A stretch of DNA of 64,000 bases, from the NCBI GenBank assembly GCA_013239625.1, contig MU054098.1, forward strand, positions 1,408,042 to 1,472,041, read 5' to 3'. Source of the DNA: Lama guanicoe. Lineage: Eukaryota. The position numbers and the translations under genes were made by a program. The notes beneath the pieces were generated by a model that ran no database searches, was not told the origin of the DNA, and worked only from the letters and a program-made list of their open reading frames with translations. Positions within the stretch are counted from its first letter, which is position 1, and each line of letters opens with the position of its first letter. Below, piece by piece: positions 1 to 15,670 of the stretch.

Positions 1-115
1 GCGCAAGCTGAGCTCCTTCTGTGGAATCCATGTTTAGCTCATGAGAAACGTGAGAAGCGCACCCCTATTTATATATAGCCAGTCTCCGAAGGTGCAAGCT
101 GTTTCCAAACAGCTG
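1..115 (-). promoter_or_regulatory. Possible TATA/MEF2 + E-box core promoter and first codons of a gene running off the left edge
   Basis: Minus strand reads CAGCTG (110-115) ... GGCTATATATAAATAGG (64-80, TATA/MEF2-like) ... AAACATGG (ATG at 31-29, strong Kozak). The frame MDSTEGAQLA stays open to the window edge. Gene not recognised. Confidence 0.25.
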
Positions 116-1699
116 TCTTTTTGTTCTACTGTCCTACATATTATATCCAGATTTTAGATTTTTCAGACATAAGTCAGGTATGAGCACCTTTATCTTTAAG
201 ATGTTTCCTCCAGGAAATACATATTAATCTCCTCTGAAACCCCATCATACCAGTTTGGGTCAACCTCTTACTCCCAGCCTGATCTCCCTCTAAAATAAAT
301 GAGTCTCTGGACATTTAACACTGATAGTGATTGAGAACTCAGTATTTTTTGAGGCAGTATTCTCCATTTTTAAGCAGTTAAAATTATTAAACTATTCTCT
401 TTGTTCTGAACCAAAATTTGCCTTTCTGTAACTTCTACTGAAAGGCTAGTTTACATACTGGGATTAATTAATGAACAGGCAGTTGTCTAAATTTCTTCAA
501 TGATATTCTGCAACTCAGAATTTATAACCTGCCTCAGGAAATGTTCTGTTGAAACTATTTTCTGAAAGAGCCTAAATCCCAAACAACAGAACACACTGAA
601 TGTAAATTAAACAGCGCTCTTGAGCAGAAAATGAAATTGGTTCCATGACATGGGTTTTAAGGAAGCCCACATAATGTAAATAGCGCTGCAAGTGACTGAT
701 AAACCTGTAAGCTCAATGGATATCCTACCTTGGTGATAACTAGTGAGGAAAATTAGTCATATGCGTGAACATATCTCAAATACTTTGATTCTATTATCTA
801 AGCAGAAGCAGAAAATATTTGCAAGTAATTAATGACACTTGACTTCATTAATACCAATATAGTATACAGTTTTTAAATACACCCTTTTCGTTTTTATAGA
901 AAGAGTGCTCCACTCACTATAATCCTAGGTTTAAAACTAAAGTTTGATGGTTCAGAGTTTTTCGTTATAACAGTGTATTTTACAACTGGTGCAGAAAAAT
1001 AAGTAACAACCTACCCGGTACAATTTGAAAGGCATTGGAAAACTGCCATTGCCCCAGATCTGTTTATAAAGGGTCATTCGTATTTTGGGACTTATAGTAT
1101 TATTTATTAGGTTATTTCTGAGCTCTTAAACATCAATACAAATTAGATAAATGCACAACAGAATACTAGAAAGGGGAGAAGAATATGGTCCTCAAACTTT
1201 TTTAAATGCAAAAGGACAAGAATTGTATAAAATATGCCTAACTTCCTAGAAATAAATTAGCAAAATTAAAGCAACAAGATTCTATTTTTCATCTATGATA
1301 TTGGCAATTATGTTTTTACTAACAATATCCATTATTGATGTGTTTGAGAAAAGCACACTCTTATTCACTTTTGATAGTAGTGTAGAATGTCATTTATTTA
1401 TTTATGTTTATTTATTTATCTATCTAGTGATTAATGAAAAGGAAAAAAATTCATAAATACAGCAAACATGACCCAATGAAGATGAAGAAATTAATGTCTC
1501 CAACACCTCAGGGATAATGTCTTTGTTGCCATCACCCCAGACAAGAAAATCAGACTTTCTGAAGAGTTGGTCATGGATGAGAGCTATCTAGAATGTGTAA
1601 AGGAGAAGGGGGATGAATATTACCTATATTGCCAGAATCAGTAACAAGCAGAGTACAGCTTCTTCCAATAAGCTTCCTGTATCAAAAATTGTATAGAGA

Positions 1700-2203
1700 T
1701 TGTGACTAGCCACTAACTTCAATACTGATTGGACTTAGTGTCACCTCACATAATCTCAGCACCAACCCTGAACCCAGTCATGTCCATCATGAACAGTTTC
1801 ATCCTATTTCACACCAACTTCCTCAAGAAGGTCCCACATTTCTCTCATTTATGGCCCTAGGATCCCACCTATGGGAGCAGCTCGGCACTTGTATACGTGC
1901 TACCAAGAAGTGTGAGGGAGTTTAACACCCCATGAAACAACTCTCAAGCAAAAGAAGATGGGAGTCAATGATTAAGTGCTTTTGCCATTTATCCTCCAAC
2001 AGGAACTTTAGAAATGCATCCTATACGATTCTTCACAAGCTCCTGTGGGACTGAGCACTAGGGTACCAAGCACTGCTCTTCCTTTATCCTAGGTTTCACT
2101 GTGCATGGGCCCTCAGTCCTGCAAACTCAGATAACTTTTAAAAAAAAATGCTCATGCAAGCTCTTGTTCTAGGTTCTATTTGGAGGAAACTCAGGCTAAG
2201 ACA
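1700..2203 (+). mobile_element. Old ERVL LTR (LTR16-like)
   Basis: Ends TTCTAGGTTCTATTTGGAGGAAACTCAGGCTAAGACA, resembling the LTR16 3' terminus. 5' boundary approximate. Confidence 0.5.
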
Positions 2204-3819
2204 ACATGTATAACTTTACAAAAGACATTTATATTCAAGAAACTTATTCTGAGGAAAAAATTAGATATAAGAAAAATTTTCCTTCTAATATATTAGGTGT
2301 AACATTTTATAGAACAAAAATACTTAAAAGGTAAATGTTCAATAGTAGGAGGTTGGCTAATCCAAATTTCACATTTCTAAGAGGGAGATGACAATAGTTT
2401 CTTTGGAAGACAATTCAGGTTTCAGCCTGCTCCACTTAGGCAAGTGTGTGAGATCCCTAAAACCAGGCTGAGATTCACAGAATAAAAATTACAAATGAGG
2501 AAATTATTTGGGTTTGACTTCTGTGGAAGTTTAATTTACACGCAAGATTTCTTTCAGATTTCATTTTTCAGATTTTAGGTCTCCGTGGAAAATTATAATA
2601 GTATGATAGAAGTTGGTTTTATTTAAAATTTAGCCCTTGATATGAGCTCTTCTGTTCCATGCCATTCAATTGTATAACCCTTTATGAAGAATTAGGTGGG
2701 ATAGCATAACTTTACATATTATTAGTTGAACTAAAGAGTAGGAGGTAACTGTTCAGCTTCAGGAATAGGAGGCCTTAGAGTTAATTAAGTTCCTGTACTG
2801 ACTAATCACTGAAACTTCTGAGGACAATCAGCTGGAATGCCTATGTTACTGATCCAGGAAGGGTCAGCGGGAACTCTGGCAAATTATGAGCAAAAGGCCG
2901 ACCAAAAATAATAGGATTTCTATATTTCGTCTATACTTTCCAGAGGGAAGCCACCACAACATGGGCTTGCCTGTAAAACTTATTGACTTAAACAAGAAGG
3001 AAAATTGGGAGAGTCAAGGAAAAGGAAAGCTTCTTATCCCTTTAGCTGCTTCCCTGTCCACTTTTGTTTGTCCCTCCTTCCCACTCTACTCCCAAAACCA
3101 AAGAGGGTGAAACATCTGATTTGTCAGATACCAGGAAACTGATTAGGTCACAATTACTAATGAGCAGTAACTCTGTAATAAATGTTCATGAATCTCTGCA
3201 TCCTTCTTCCTCTTTTTACATGTGACATCGTCAGAAATTAAGATGCCTAGCGTACTCTCTCTTATGGGCTCTTCTGAATTTAGGGCCTCCTTGTTACTTT
3301 GAGTTAGTGAAAAGCTGATTATAAACTCAGGATTTGGGTTGACGCACATGTGTGGTCTTTTCTTCCTTTCGTAGTTACATGCTCTAATTCAGTCTTATGA
3401 GAGATCCTTGTATTTCAGCTGACATTGACTGGTAATAACAGAGTGGCACTTCATATCAAATTTAGCATTTTCATACAAGCATATAGCTTTTTAATGAAAT
3501 TCCAGGGATGAACTAGGGAAAAGGCAATTTAGGTATTCCAAAATAAACTGGACATACTACCATTTAATGCCACAACTTTAATTCCAGATATCAAAGACCA
3601 TTCTTCTCTATCCCAAATCTAACTTTTCAGTATTTTGAATCGTCATTTTGATATGGTCTGAATTTTCCATTTAAGTTGGATAATTATAAAAACCTGAAGT
3701 TCCAGAATACTGTTTATTAGGAATTACGAGGGGATGGGAATAAAGGAAGTTTCACATATGTAAGACAGTTTTCCCTCACTAGGCAGAAGAACAGATTTAC
3801 CTACACAATGTAGATCAAG

Positions 3820-4020
3820 TTATGTGTTCCACTTACATGTTCTCGTGGAATCCTCTACTTCCCTTTGTCATATTTCTCATACTAGATTTGTCATTGCCAG
3901 TCACTGCTATTAATCTGTAAACTACAAAAGGACAAGAACAATGTTTAAGTTATTTTGTATTCCTAGTAACTATCAGATTCCCTAGAATAAGTTATCCACT
4001 TGATCAACAAATGAATTAGC
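3820..4020 (+). mobile_element. L2 LINE 3' fragment
   Basis: Degenerate L2 tail: CTGTAAACTACAAAAGGACAAGAAC...TGTATTCCTAG...AAATGAATT. Confidence 0.45.
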
Positions 4021-4054
4021 ATATACTCTGCACTGTGAGAAAATAAATTTAGCC

Positions 4055-4472
4055 AGTCAGTCTTCTCTGGCTGTTATAACAAAATACTGTAAGCTGGGTG
4101 ACTTAAACAAGAGACATTTATTTCTCACAGCTCTACAGGCTGGGAAGTCTAAAATCAAGGTGCTGGCCAGTTCAGTTCCTGGTGAGAAACCTCTTCCTGG
4201 GTTTTAGACTGCTATCTACTCACATAGTGGCAGGTGGTGGGGAGAGAGAGAGAGACAGAGAATGAATATGGGAATATGAATGCAAGTGGAAGCAAGTGAG
4301 CACTCAGGTCTCTTCTTCTAAGATAACTAATCCCATCATAAGAACTACAGACTCATGACCTCATCCAAACATAATTATCCCTTAAAGGCCCCACCTCCTA
4401 ACATGGTCATATTGGTAAGTTTAGGGCTTCAACATATTAATTTTGAGGGGAAAAAAGCATTGTTCATAATAG
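4055..4472 (-). mobile_element. MLT1A-like MaLR solo LTR
   Basis: GCTGTTATAACAAAATACTGTAAGCTGGGTGACTTAAACAA...GGCTGGGAAGTCTAAAATCAAGGTGCTGGC...CTTCAACATATTAATTTTGAGGGG matches MLT1A. Confidence 0.8.
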
Positions 4473-5818
4473 CCAGGTACTTACAAGATCTCATAGTACT
4501 TGAGTTGATTCTAGAATAACATTTTTAAAAAGCACTGTGAATCTGAAAGGGGGGTGAGCTTTTGATTGGTAAGAATACTGATAAATAATTTTCTATAACT
4601 CAACCATGAAATAATTATTTTGGCAGTCTATAAATTCTGGGAAAAATGGAAAGGGATAACTCCCTGGGTTTTTTTTGCCAATTTAAAAAAAAATTATTTT
4701 CTACATGCTAAGTTCTGTTTGCTATTTACTTATTTAGAGTTTGAGAAGTTGGAATAATAGTTGAATATAAAGGGGTATTATTTGACTATTTTAGTCTTAG
4801 GTATTTTTAAAAGAATAAATCATTCCCTCTCACAGTACAGGGACTGACAGATGCTTAAGACAGAAGGATGATATAATGAGAGAAATCAAAAACAAAAACA
4901 AAAAGAGAGAAAACAAAATATTAACTTTGTTTTTTTTAACCTTACTTTAATATAGATGATAGTAAGATATTTTGCAAATTCAGGGCAAATTACTCCTTAT
5001 AGCCTTTCATCATCCTAAGCAAGCAATAGAGAAATAGTACCTTACTGAGATGGCAGATATCTTGGGTATCATCTAAGGGGGCACCTCTAAAAGTGCGAAG
5101 TGCTCATTCACACCACAGCAAGCAAACTCCTTCTAAATGATTTCCAAGACTAAGCTGAGTACCTTTAGTTTGACCCAAATATATCTTCGCTTGTCTAAAT
5201 GGTTAATTGGATGATTCAGTTCATTTGCTTTTTTATTTAGCTGACAATTACCATATATACATTATATGGATTAGCCCTTTTCAACAAAATGACGTTTCAC
5301 TGTAAGGCAACACTGAACACAATTTATATTCTTTAATGACTGAGAAGGCACCTTATGATCTAGTTACAGAATCTCAGGGATATTACAGTAAATCTCAAGT
5401 ATCACAGTGATATACAGAATTGACTGAACCAATCTCTTGTGATTTTGAAAAATCGTCAATTCATTAGTTTATATCTTATTTTGTTATATTCCTCCAATAT
5501 GGTACATAGAATAATTTATTTGTACTTTGAATATGGAAATGCCAATATTTCATCCATTTCAATCATTAGCTCTTTTTATTTTTTCAACCACAGAAATTGC
5601 CATTATTTAACTCCTGCCCATCTTTAAGGAGGAATTTGCAACATTCTGGGAAGTTTTCTCTTTTTTTCCTTCAGTTTCAAAGCACTCTAGTTAAAATATG
5701 GAAACTAGAGAATTATCTGTTAACTAGGCTGATGTTGTTGTAAAACTGATCACTTGCCCCAAAGAAAATGTAATGTAAGTTTAAACCCCATAACTACATA
5801 GTTTTATTTAAAGTGGCA

Positions 5819-6391
5819 CCCCAATGTTCATAGCAGCACTATTTACAATAGCCAAAACATGGAAACAGCCTAAATGTCCATCAACAGGTGACTGGATAAA
5901 GAAGATGTGGTATATTTATACAATGGAATACTACTCAGCCATAAAAACCAACAACATAACGCCATTTGCAGCAACATGGATGCTCCTGGAGAATGTTATT
6001 CTAAGTGAAGTAAGCCAGAAAGAGAAAGAAAAATACCGTATGAGATCACTCATATGTGGAATCTAAAAAACAAAAACAAAAACAAACAAACAAAAACAAA
6101 GTGTAAATACAAGACAGAAATAGACTCAGACAGACAATGCAGACTTGTGGTTGCCGGGGGGGGGCAGAGGGTGGGAAGGGATAGACTGGGATTTCAAAAT
6201 TGTAGAACAGATAAACAAGATTATACTATATAGCACAGGGAAATATACACAAAATGTTATGATAAATCACACAGAGAAAAATATGTGGCAATGAGTGTGT
6301 ATATGTCCATGTATGACTGAAAAATTGTGCTGAACACTGGAATTTGACACATTGTAAAATGATTATAAATCAATAAAAAATGTTAAAAAAA
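5819..6391 (+). mobile_element. Young 5'-truncated LINE-1 (ORF2 C-terminus + 3' UTR + A tail)
   Basis: ORF 5824-6066 (MFIAALFTIAKTWKQPKCPS...) is the L1 ORF2 C-terminus. TSD TAAAGTGGCA at 5809-5818 and 6392-6401. Confidence 0.95.
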
Positions 6392-7129
6392 TAAAGTGGC
6401 ATCACGTAGAAAATTAGAAAAAAAATCAGATACTGAAATTACTAAGTCAATTCTTTTTTTAGGAATGTGTTATATAGTTAACCCTGAACAATTTGTAGAG
6501 GAATTGGCCATTTGGGGAGTAATCAATCTTTATTAATGGAAGCAGAGAATTCTGATGCATTCATCTCTCCAGCTGAATTTAATAGATAATAACTGTCTAG
6601 TGGTGATTTTTGACCCCCCTTTTGTTAAGAAAAACATAAATTATTTTTATAGATGCTGTAATTGAATTAAACATGAAAAAAATACAAAGTCTAAGCAGCA
6701 ATGGCTTTTTTATTTCCTTGGTCTCTCCCAACCCAAACAAACCCATTAGTAATGCGGGAGCCCAATGTGGCTTTTCTTCTATTCCTACAAAAATCCAACA
6801 AATATGCTGATCAGTTGTTGCCTAATAATCAAGCCATTGTGTGGAAATGAACCATTATACAAATGTACTTATTCCATCCCCTGAAATTCGAAGCAAGACC
6901 GAGATAGAAATTTGTTTCGAAGTGATTTATTTTGCCAAAGTTTTTATCCCACTAGCCAACATAGACAAGGTCAATTGTAACTGTTGAGGCTGTAAACTTT
7001 TTTTTTAATTTTAGAGACAAAGTTGTAATTTAAGTAAAATTACTACTAGGTTTCAAATACTTTTGATTTTGAGTCTTGCAGACAGGGTCTATTATTTATT
7101 CACTAAATATAGAGCTTCCTTCCTTACTT

Positions 7130-7567
7130 AATAACTGTACCATTGTTGTATTTGGGGTACCAATGCACATAACAAAAAAGACTTCATTTTCCAGGTTCCC
7201 TTACAATTAGGTGTGGCCATAAGACTAAGTGTACATAGAAGTTACAGGATAAAACTATTTTGAAAGTTTCTAAAAGAGGGTAAGACACACACCCTCATTT
7301 CCCCTGAACTTCCTGTTTTCTTTCTTCTTGTCAGGATGTTTAATAGCTGGAGAGTCACAAGCCATACTCAGCTGGATATTACATGTTCAGGCTATCACAG
7401 AAGAAGGAAAGAAACTGAATCTCTATGTCCCTAAAGTATCTCTGCACCAGCTATGGACTGCCAATCTCCAGAACTCTTAGCATGAGAAGGAAATGGCTCT
7501 GATCACGTTTAAATTTGTTATTTTAGGTTTTTCTGTTATGTGCAGCTAAAACGTATCTTACCTAATA
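7130..7567 (+). mobile_element. Old MaLR LTR (MLT1J/H-like)
   Basis: TTAGGTGTGGCCATAAGACTAAGT...CTATGGACTGCCAATCTCCAGAACTC...TTTTTCTGTTATGTGCAGCTAAA...CCTAATA. Confidence 0.6.
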
Positions 7568-7714
7568 TGGTATGAGTGTTCATGAATTAGGACATTTTCT
7601 GATAAGAAAACAGAGTAATTAAATATAAATTTCACTAGCCCTCACATGCCTCAAGCAATGAAGGCTGAAACCAAAATAATCAAACTATAAAGTCAAATAC
7701 AAAGAGCAAAGTCT

Positions 7715-10700
7715 CAGTTTCAGCTTCTACATGTAAAGAACTTGCAAGTGATCATTACTATCCTTACAGCAAAACAAACAAAGCTGAACAAAGCGAAAAT
7801 CAATTTTTCTTGAACCCATAAGAGAAACAAGGACACAGAGCAAACCACTAAGAGTAACTCTGACGAAGTGCTGGAGCCTGAGTGTGGGCGAATGTGAAAG
7901 TAAGACTCTCCTAGGGGCCACAGTCTTAGGGATGTCCCTACACTTTCATGGGCTTGCTCCAGGAACCCTGCTAGGTTCTCACTGTGAAAAGATAAGAAAA
8001 AAATCTCATGTTCAGCAGAGGGAAGGGAAAGGTAACCATTCTGAAACATTCCCGGGGTGTTCTCCGTAAGAAAGGCCTACTCTTCAGGGAAGAGACTTAA
8101 CCAGGTCCCTAGGAAAATGGCATTCTTCTCACTCTAGCCTCTTCTAGTATTCACATCTTACTCAAAGGGTACCTGAGGGAAAACAAAAGGAAGCTATATA
8201 AGAAAAAGAAAAGAAAACCTGTGAAGGCAACAGGCCAAAGGATAGTCCTTGTAAATGAGATTTAAATGGAAGGTTATATAGGGCTCCTCTACCTCCACAG
8301 CTTGACCCCACAGCACCAGTACAAGAACAACAGATTACAGCTCAAAAGACCTGTAAGACGTAAGACATTTATTTTAGGTGGAGTACTTAGAGAATTCCAA
8401 AGTTAAAAGGGGAGACAAAAATAAGGACACTAGAAGAATTTGGAGTCTTTGGTAACTACAACTAGAATAAATATTTTTTAAAGACTGACTCCTAGCCAGG
8501 TTAACATAAATTCTCACACTAGTGGGCTATGTACCTCAGTTCTTATTATCCAATACAATATGTCTAACCTTCAAAATAATATTACATGACATGTGAAAAG
8601 GCAGGAGCAGTTTGAAGAAACAAAGTATCAGAACCAGACTCAGACATGGCAGGGAATTTGGAATTATTTAAAATAACTATGATTAAGGCAGGGAGACAGG
8701 AACTCTAAGAATTTAAAAGCAAGCCTAGAAATCAAAAACATTGTAACAAAAATGAAGAATGCCTTTGACTGTCTCTTAAGTAGATTGGAAAGTGAGAAAA
8801 GAATCTGTGACCTTAAATGTAAATCAATAAAAACTTCCCAAACTGAAATGTGAAGAGAAAGACAATGAAAAATATCGTGCAGGATATGGAAGAACTTCAG
8901 GACAATACCAAAAGGAAATTATCAAAAGGACAATATCAAATATATGCATATATAGAACACCAGAAGGAGACAGGCTTAGAACTTTCCAAAATTGATAACA
9001 GAAACCAAACCACAGACCCAGAAAGTTCAGAGAACACTGAGCAGAATAAATACCAAAAGTATAATCATATCAGAATAAAACTGCAAAAACATAGGAAAAA
9101 TTCTTAAAAGAAGCCAAATTGTGGTGAGGGGGCACCTTCCTCCCAGGAAAAAGGATAAGAATTACAGCAGGTTTCTTATAAGAGATCATGAGAGCAAGAA
9201 GAGAGTGGAGTAGAATATCTGAAGTGTTGATAACCCCCTCCTCGCCAACAAACTGTAATTCAATATCCAATGAAATGATCCTTCAAAAGTGAGGGAGTAC
9301 CACAATACATCTGTTAGAATGGCAAAAAGTCAAAACACTGACCACATGAAATACTGGCAAGGATGTGGAGCAACAGGAACTCTCATTCACTGCTAACGAG
9401 AGTGCAAGATGGTACGGACACTTCTGGGAGACAGTTTGACAGTTTCTTACCGAACAAAGCATTACCATACAATGCAGCACTCGCACTCCTTGACATGTAC
9501 CCACATGAGCTGAAAACTTATGTCCACACAAAAAATGGCAAATGAGTGTTTATAGCAGCTTTATTTATAATTACCAAAATGTGGAAGCAACAAGACGTCC
9601 TTCAGTAGGTAAATGGATAAATATGCTGTGGTATATCCAGACAATGGGATGTTATCCAGCACAAAAAAATTTAGCTATCAAGCCATGAAAAGACACAGAG
9701 AAAGCTTAAATTCACATTACTAAGTGAAAGAAACCAAACTGAAATGGCTACATACAGTATGATTCCAATTATATGTCATTTTGGAGAAGGTAGAACTATG
9801 GAGACAGTAAAAAATCAGTGGTCTCCAGAGGTTAGAGGTAAAGAGGATAAACAGGCAAAGCACAGAGAATTTTTAGGGCAGTGAAACTATTCAGTATAAT
9901 ATTATAATGGAGGATACACGTCATTATATATTTGTCAAAATTCATAGAATATACAACATCAAGACTGAATGCTAATGTAAATTATGGCTTTTATATGATC
10001 ATGTTTATAAATGTAGGTTCATTAATTATAATAAATACACGAGTCTAGTGCAGGATGTTGAAAATGGGGGTAGTTGTGTGTGTGTAAGGATATATGGAAA
10101 CTCTCTATACTTTCTGCTCAATTTTGCTGTGAATCTAACACTGTTTTAAAAAATAAGGTCTATTTTAAAAAGTGAAAGAGAACAACTTTCTGCAGACAAC
10201 AACTTCTGAGGAAGTCCATCACTGGCAGATCTACCTTGCAAGAAATGTTAAAAGATTTTCTTTAGGCAGGAAGAAATGATATTTGTCAGAAATAATGAAA
10301 CTCTATTTTAAAAAAAGGAAAAACATTGGAGAAGTAATAAACAAAGGTAAAATAAAGTATTTCATTTTTCTCACCCTTAAATGCTCTAATATATAACTAA
10401 AGTAACAATGTATTGAGTGATTTTAGCATATGGATAAGTGAAATGAACAGCAGCAAAGAAACATGGGATAGGAGGAAAGAATTGGTAAATCTCTACTATA
10501 AGTTATCTGCACTACATTTGAAGTGAAACAGTGTTATTAAAGGAGGACTTAGACTAGTTTAAAATGTGTATTGTAAACTAGAGTAATAATAGGAAAAAAT
10601 TTTAAACTACAATTAATAACAAATTGGAATCATAAAAAAATTCTAAAAATCAGAGAAAGCTGAAGAGGATGCAAAAGAAAGAAGAAATGTATCAGACAGA

Positions 10701-12460
10701 AAATGATTAGAGACATGGTAGATATTAATCCTGCTAGATCAATAATCACATTAAATGCCAATGATCTAAATACACTTATTAAAAGATTATCAGAGTGGAT
10801 TAAAAAAAACAAGACCCAACATATTGTCTACTAGAAATCCACTTTAAATATAAAAACATACATGGGTTAAAAGTAAAAAAAAAAAAAGAAAGAGAAAAAA
10901 TATAGCATAATAACACCAATGAAAAGAAAGCTGCAGTTGCTGTGTTAATTTCAGACAAATTAGAACTTCAGAACAAGGAAAATTATCAGGGAAAAATAGG
11001 GGTATTACATAACTATAAAATGATCACTTCTCTAAGAAGATATAACAATCTTTAATACACATGCAGCTAACAACAGAGCATCAAAATACATTAGGCAAAA
11101 ACTGCTAAAACTGCTAGGAGAAATAGAAAAATTCACTGTTATAGATGGAAACTTCAATACACTTCTCTCAGTATCGACAGATAAAGTAGGCAGAAAATCA
11201 ATAAGAATATAGTTTACCTGAAAAGGGCTATAAATGAACATGATCTGATTGCCATTTATAGAATATTCTATCCAGTGCCAACAGAATACATATTATTCTT
11301 AAGCTTGCTCGAACATTCACCAAGACAGACCACAGTATGGGCTATAAAACACTTGAGTGAATGCAAAGAAATATAAATCATACAAAAGATGTTATTTGCA
11401 AGGGAATTATACTAGAAATCAATAACACAAAAAGCTGGACAATTCCCAAAATTTGGAGCTTAAATAACACATACATAACACATGGGTCAAATAAAATGTA
11501 TCAGGATGAAATTAATCATATTTTGAACTAAATAAAAAATGAAAATGAAATTTATCAAAATTTTGGGGATGCAGAGTATGCAAAATTTAGAGGGACCTTT
11601 ACAGCGTAAATGCATATAACATAAAAAATATCTAAAATCAATAATCTGAGTTTCCATCTCAGGAAACTAGAAAAAAGAACAATTTAGGCGTAAAGCAATG
11701 AGAAGAAAAGAAATGATAAAAATTAGAGAAGAAATCAGTGAAAGTGAAAACAGGAAATCAATACAGAAAAAAAAATCAACAAAACCGAAAGTTGGTTCTT
11801 TGAGAAAACAAATTTTAAAATTGATAAATCTCTAGTTAAGCTACCAGAGGAAAAGAGAAGGCACACATTACTAATGTTAAAACCAAAAAAAAGGGATCAT
11901 TACTAAGGATCCCACAGACATAAAAAGAATAACAAAGGCATAGTATGAATGACTCTATATCTACAAATTGGATTATTTAGATGAAATGTCTTTCAATTCC
12001 TTGAAAGACACAAACTATGAAAACTCACACAAGGAGAAGTACATAATCTGAATACATTTATATGTATTCATGAAATTGAATCAATACTTCATAACCTTTC
12101 AAAAATAAACCATTATCCCTAGATATTTTCACTGGTAAATTCTACCAACATTGAAAGAAAAGATAATATTCATTCTCCACAATATTTTCCAGAAAATAGA
12201 AGCAGAGAGAACATTTCCTAACTCATCTTATAAAGTCAGAATAACCCTAATAACAAAACCAGATAGACACTGAAAGAAAGAAAGAAATATAGCTTACTAA
12301 CATACATACAAAAATAACTCACCAAAAAAGTAGCAAATCAAATCCAACAATATATAAAAAGAATTATACACTATAACTAGGTGACATTTAATCTAGGTAT
12401 GCAGGGCTAGTTCAACATTTGAAAAATCAATGTAATCCAGTACATCAACAGACTGAAAAA
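7715..12460 (+). mobile_element. Ancient LINE-1 (5' UTR, decayed ORF1, ORF2 endonuclease to start of RT), 3'-truncated
   Basis: A-rich ORF1 remnants ~8600-10260. ORF2 EN motifs from ~10740 (ATAATCACATTAAATGCCAATGATCTAAAT). RT-proximal GGTATGCAGGGCTAGTTCAACATT at ~12400. Confidence 0.85.
9298..10167 (+). mobile_element. Nested L1MC-like 3' end inside ORF1 of the older L1
   Basis: GGCAAGGATGTGGAGCAACAGGAACTCTCATTCACTGCT...AAATAAGGTCTATT. Degenerate TSD AAAAGTGAGGGAG (9285-9297) / AAAAGTGAAAGAG (10168-10180). Confidence 0.85.
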
Positions 12461-13499
12461 AAATGTGATCAAAAATAAAGGCTCTAGAATAGGATCAGTA
12501 CAATAAAAAGTATTGATTATAAACATAATTTCAAGTCCTTTGGAAGGAAGGATTTCTGCTCCTTTGAAGAATAAAGGTTAAGTGACTTAAAAAAAAAAAG
12601 AGCATTCTGCAAGAGCTAGTAAATGTCTACTAAAGTGTCTTGTGACCCATCCTACAAAATGATGTATGAGTTCATACTTAGAAAAAGATCAAGAGCCATC
12701 TCTGCCTTCACCTAAATTGAATCCAGCATATAAAAAGATTCACACACCTTTAGCTCCATGAATTATTCTAGCCTTTCAAAATTGAGACATGGTCCTTCTA
12801 CATCTGAAGGCCTTCTTGGAGAAATTTGTGGGTAGTGATGCTTCTCTATGCAAATGGTAGCAGAAGAGATTTTATAAGAAACACAATTCAGGTCATTATC
12901 ATCAATCGTTCTCTCAGAGAACACCAAGTAACACACAGATAATTAGATTGACGTACAAAGATACTATAGTTAGACTGATGTTAGTTGTAGAGCTTGAATA
13001 TTAAGCAAGCTTAGGAATTCAAACCTTATTCTGAAAGCACTTTCAAAGTCATAATTAGATTTATTCACCTTTTCTAGTCAGCATTTTTCATAACTTTATA
13101 GAAATTCAGAAATCCAAGAGTAAACATTATATTTTACTTTTAAAGTCTCTAATCTGTACAAGTTAACTGAAGTTTGAGATTTATTTTGTAAAAGATAATA
13201 TACAGAAAAATGTGAATTTATGTTTGTTATTCTGGATATTGGAGGGAGGTGATGTGAAGACAGGTATTAAGGGAAGATAGTTTTGATCATTTAAAGAAGC
13301 TAAGTCAGTCGGCTGGATTAGAAACCTATGTTTAGAATTGCCCATAACTGGTTAATAATTATAATTCAGACCATTGGTTCTTAAATTTTATTGTATATAA
13401 GCATTAGTGTTTTGGGGGAAAAAAGTAGATATCACCCCTTGGGTGACCATGAATAAACAATTATAACATGCACCCCAAGTGACTCTAAGAAATGAGCCT

Positions 13500-13946
13500 A
13501 TCCTAGGTTTTAGTCTCCAAAATGAATCCTCAGAGAAGGATTCGCTTATTAAGAAGGTGCTCCCAGGAAAAACAAGAGAAGGGAAAACAGTAAAGAGAAA
13601 GGAACAAAGTCAAGTGGGAATATTTCAGGCAGTCCCAGACTGTCTGATCCTATGGAGAGCTCTGGAGTATAAATTATACCTCAGAATCTGCCCCAGTTTG
13701 AATCAAGAGAGCTAGGTTTTTATACCTTGCCCCACTGTCAATCACAGGCTTAAGGGAAACCCAAGGGAAAAGTTAACTCACAGGTACTTCCAGCTCTGCA
13801 TGCATATGTCTTAGCGTGTGGATCCAGTAACCTGTCAGTCTCCCAAAGATTTTTACATTCAGATGCTTATAAACAAACCCACATTTAAGATGGGGAAAGG
13901 GAGAGTTTCAAGATCATCTAGATAGAGCACCACTGTGCCTCCTACA
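13500..13946 (-). mobile_element. Old ERVL LTR (LTR16-like)
   Basis: CCTCAGAGAAGGATTCG...GGTGCTCCCAGGAAAAACAAGAGAAGGG resembles reverse-strand LTR16. Boundaries approximate. Confidence 0.45.
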
Positions 13947-14177
13947 GGGTCCCTGAAGCTTATTTTAAGAGCCTTTGGCTATCCCAACACTAAATATTTC
14001 CAGCCACCTACTTCCCCGTAGTTCAGAATTCCATAATTACAATTTATCTTCTCTCTCTCTTCTTTCTCCTCATGACCCACAAAATCTATTAACTTCTAAA
14101 GCAAAGTATTAATTATTTCTTACTGTCTTTTTCTAAACATGGTTTCAGGACCTTATCTTTGTAATGACATAGTATTA

Positions 14178-15410
<1,233 letters not shown>

Positions 15411-15534
15411 AATAAGTAAATAGTTTCCTTTTTCAACCAAAGATGGTTTCTTTCATGAGAGAAATTCTGTTACCAATTGTTCAAGTTATATCTTTTCACT
15501 CTGCTATGCACATTTTGTTTTGTTTACTTTTCAT

Positions 15535-15670
15535 GATAACCCAGTGAACTATGCATATTACCTCCATTTTATAGATTAGGAAACTAATGCTGAGTAAAGT
15601 TACTTGAAGTTATTAGAAAATTACAGATCCAAGAATAGAATCAAGATCTGATTCCAAAGACCTGTGCTTT
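15535..15670 (-). mobile_element. MIR SINE fragment
   Basis: CCATTTTATAGATTAGGAAACTAATGCT...GATCTGATTCCAAAGACCTGTGCTTTT is the MIR core. Confidence 0.65.

Noticed and set aside
3143..3440. 68-aa minus ORF and a + strand splice-acceptor-like TTTTTCTTCCTTTCGTAG
   Set aside because: The putative exon has stops in all three frames and the ORF resembles no known protein.
5824..6066. Similar 80-aa ORFs here and at 44264-44506 suggesting a gene family
   Set aside because: They are L1 ORF2 C-termini in 5'-truncated insertions bounded by TSDs.
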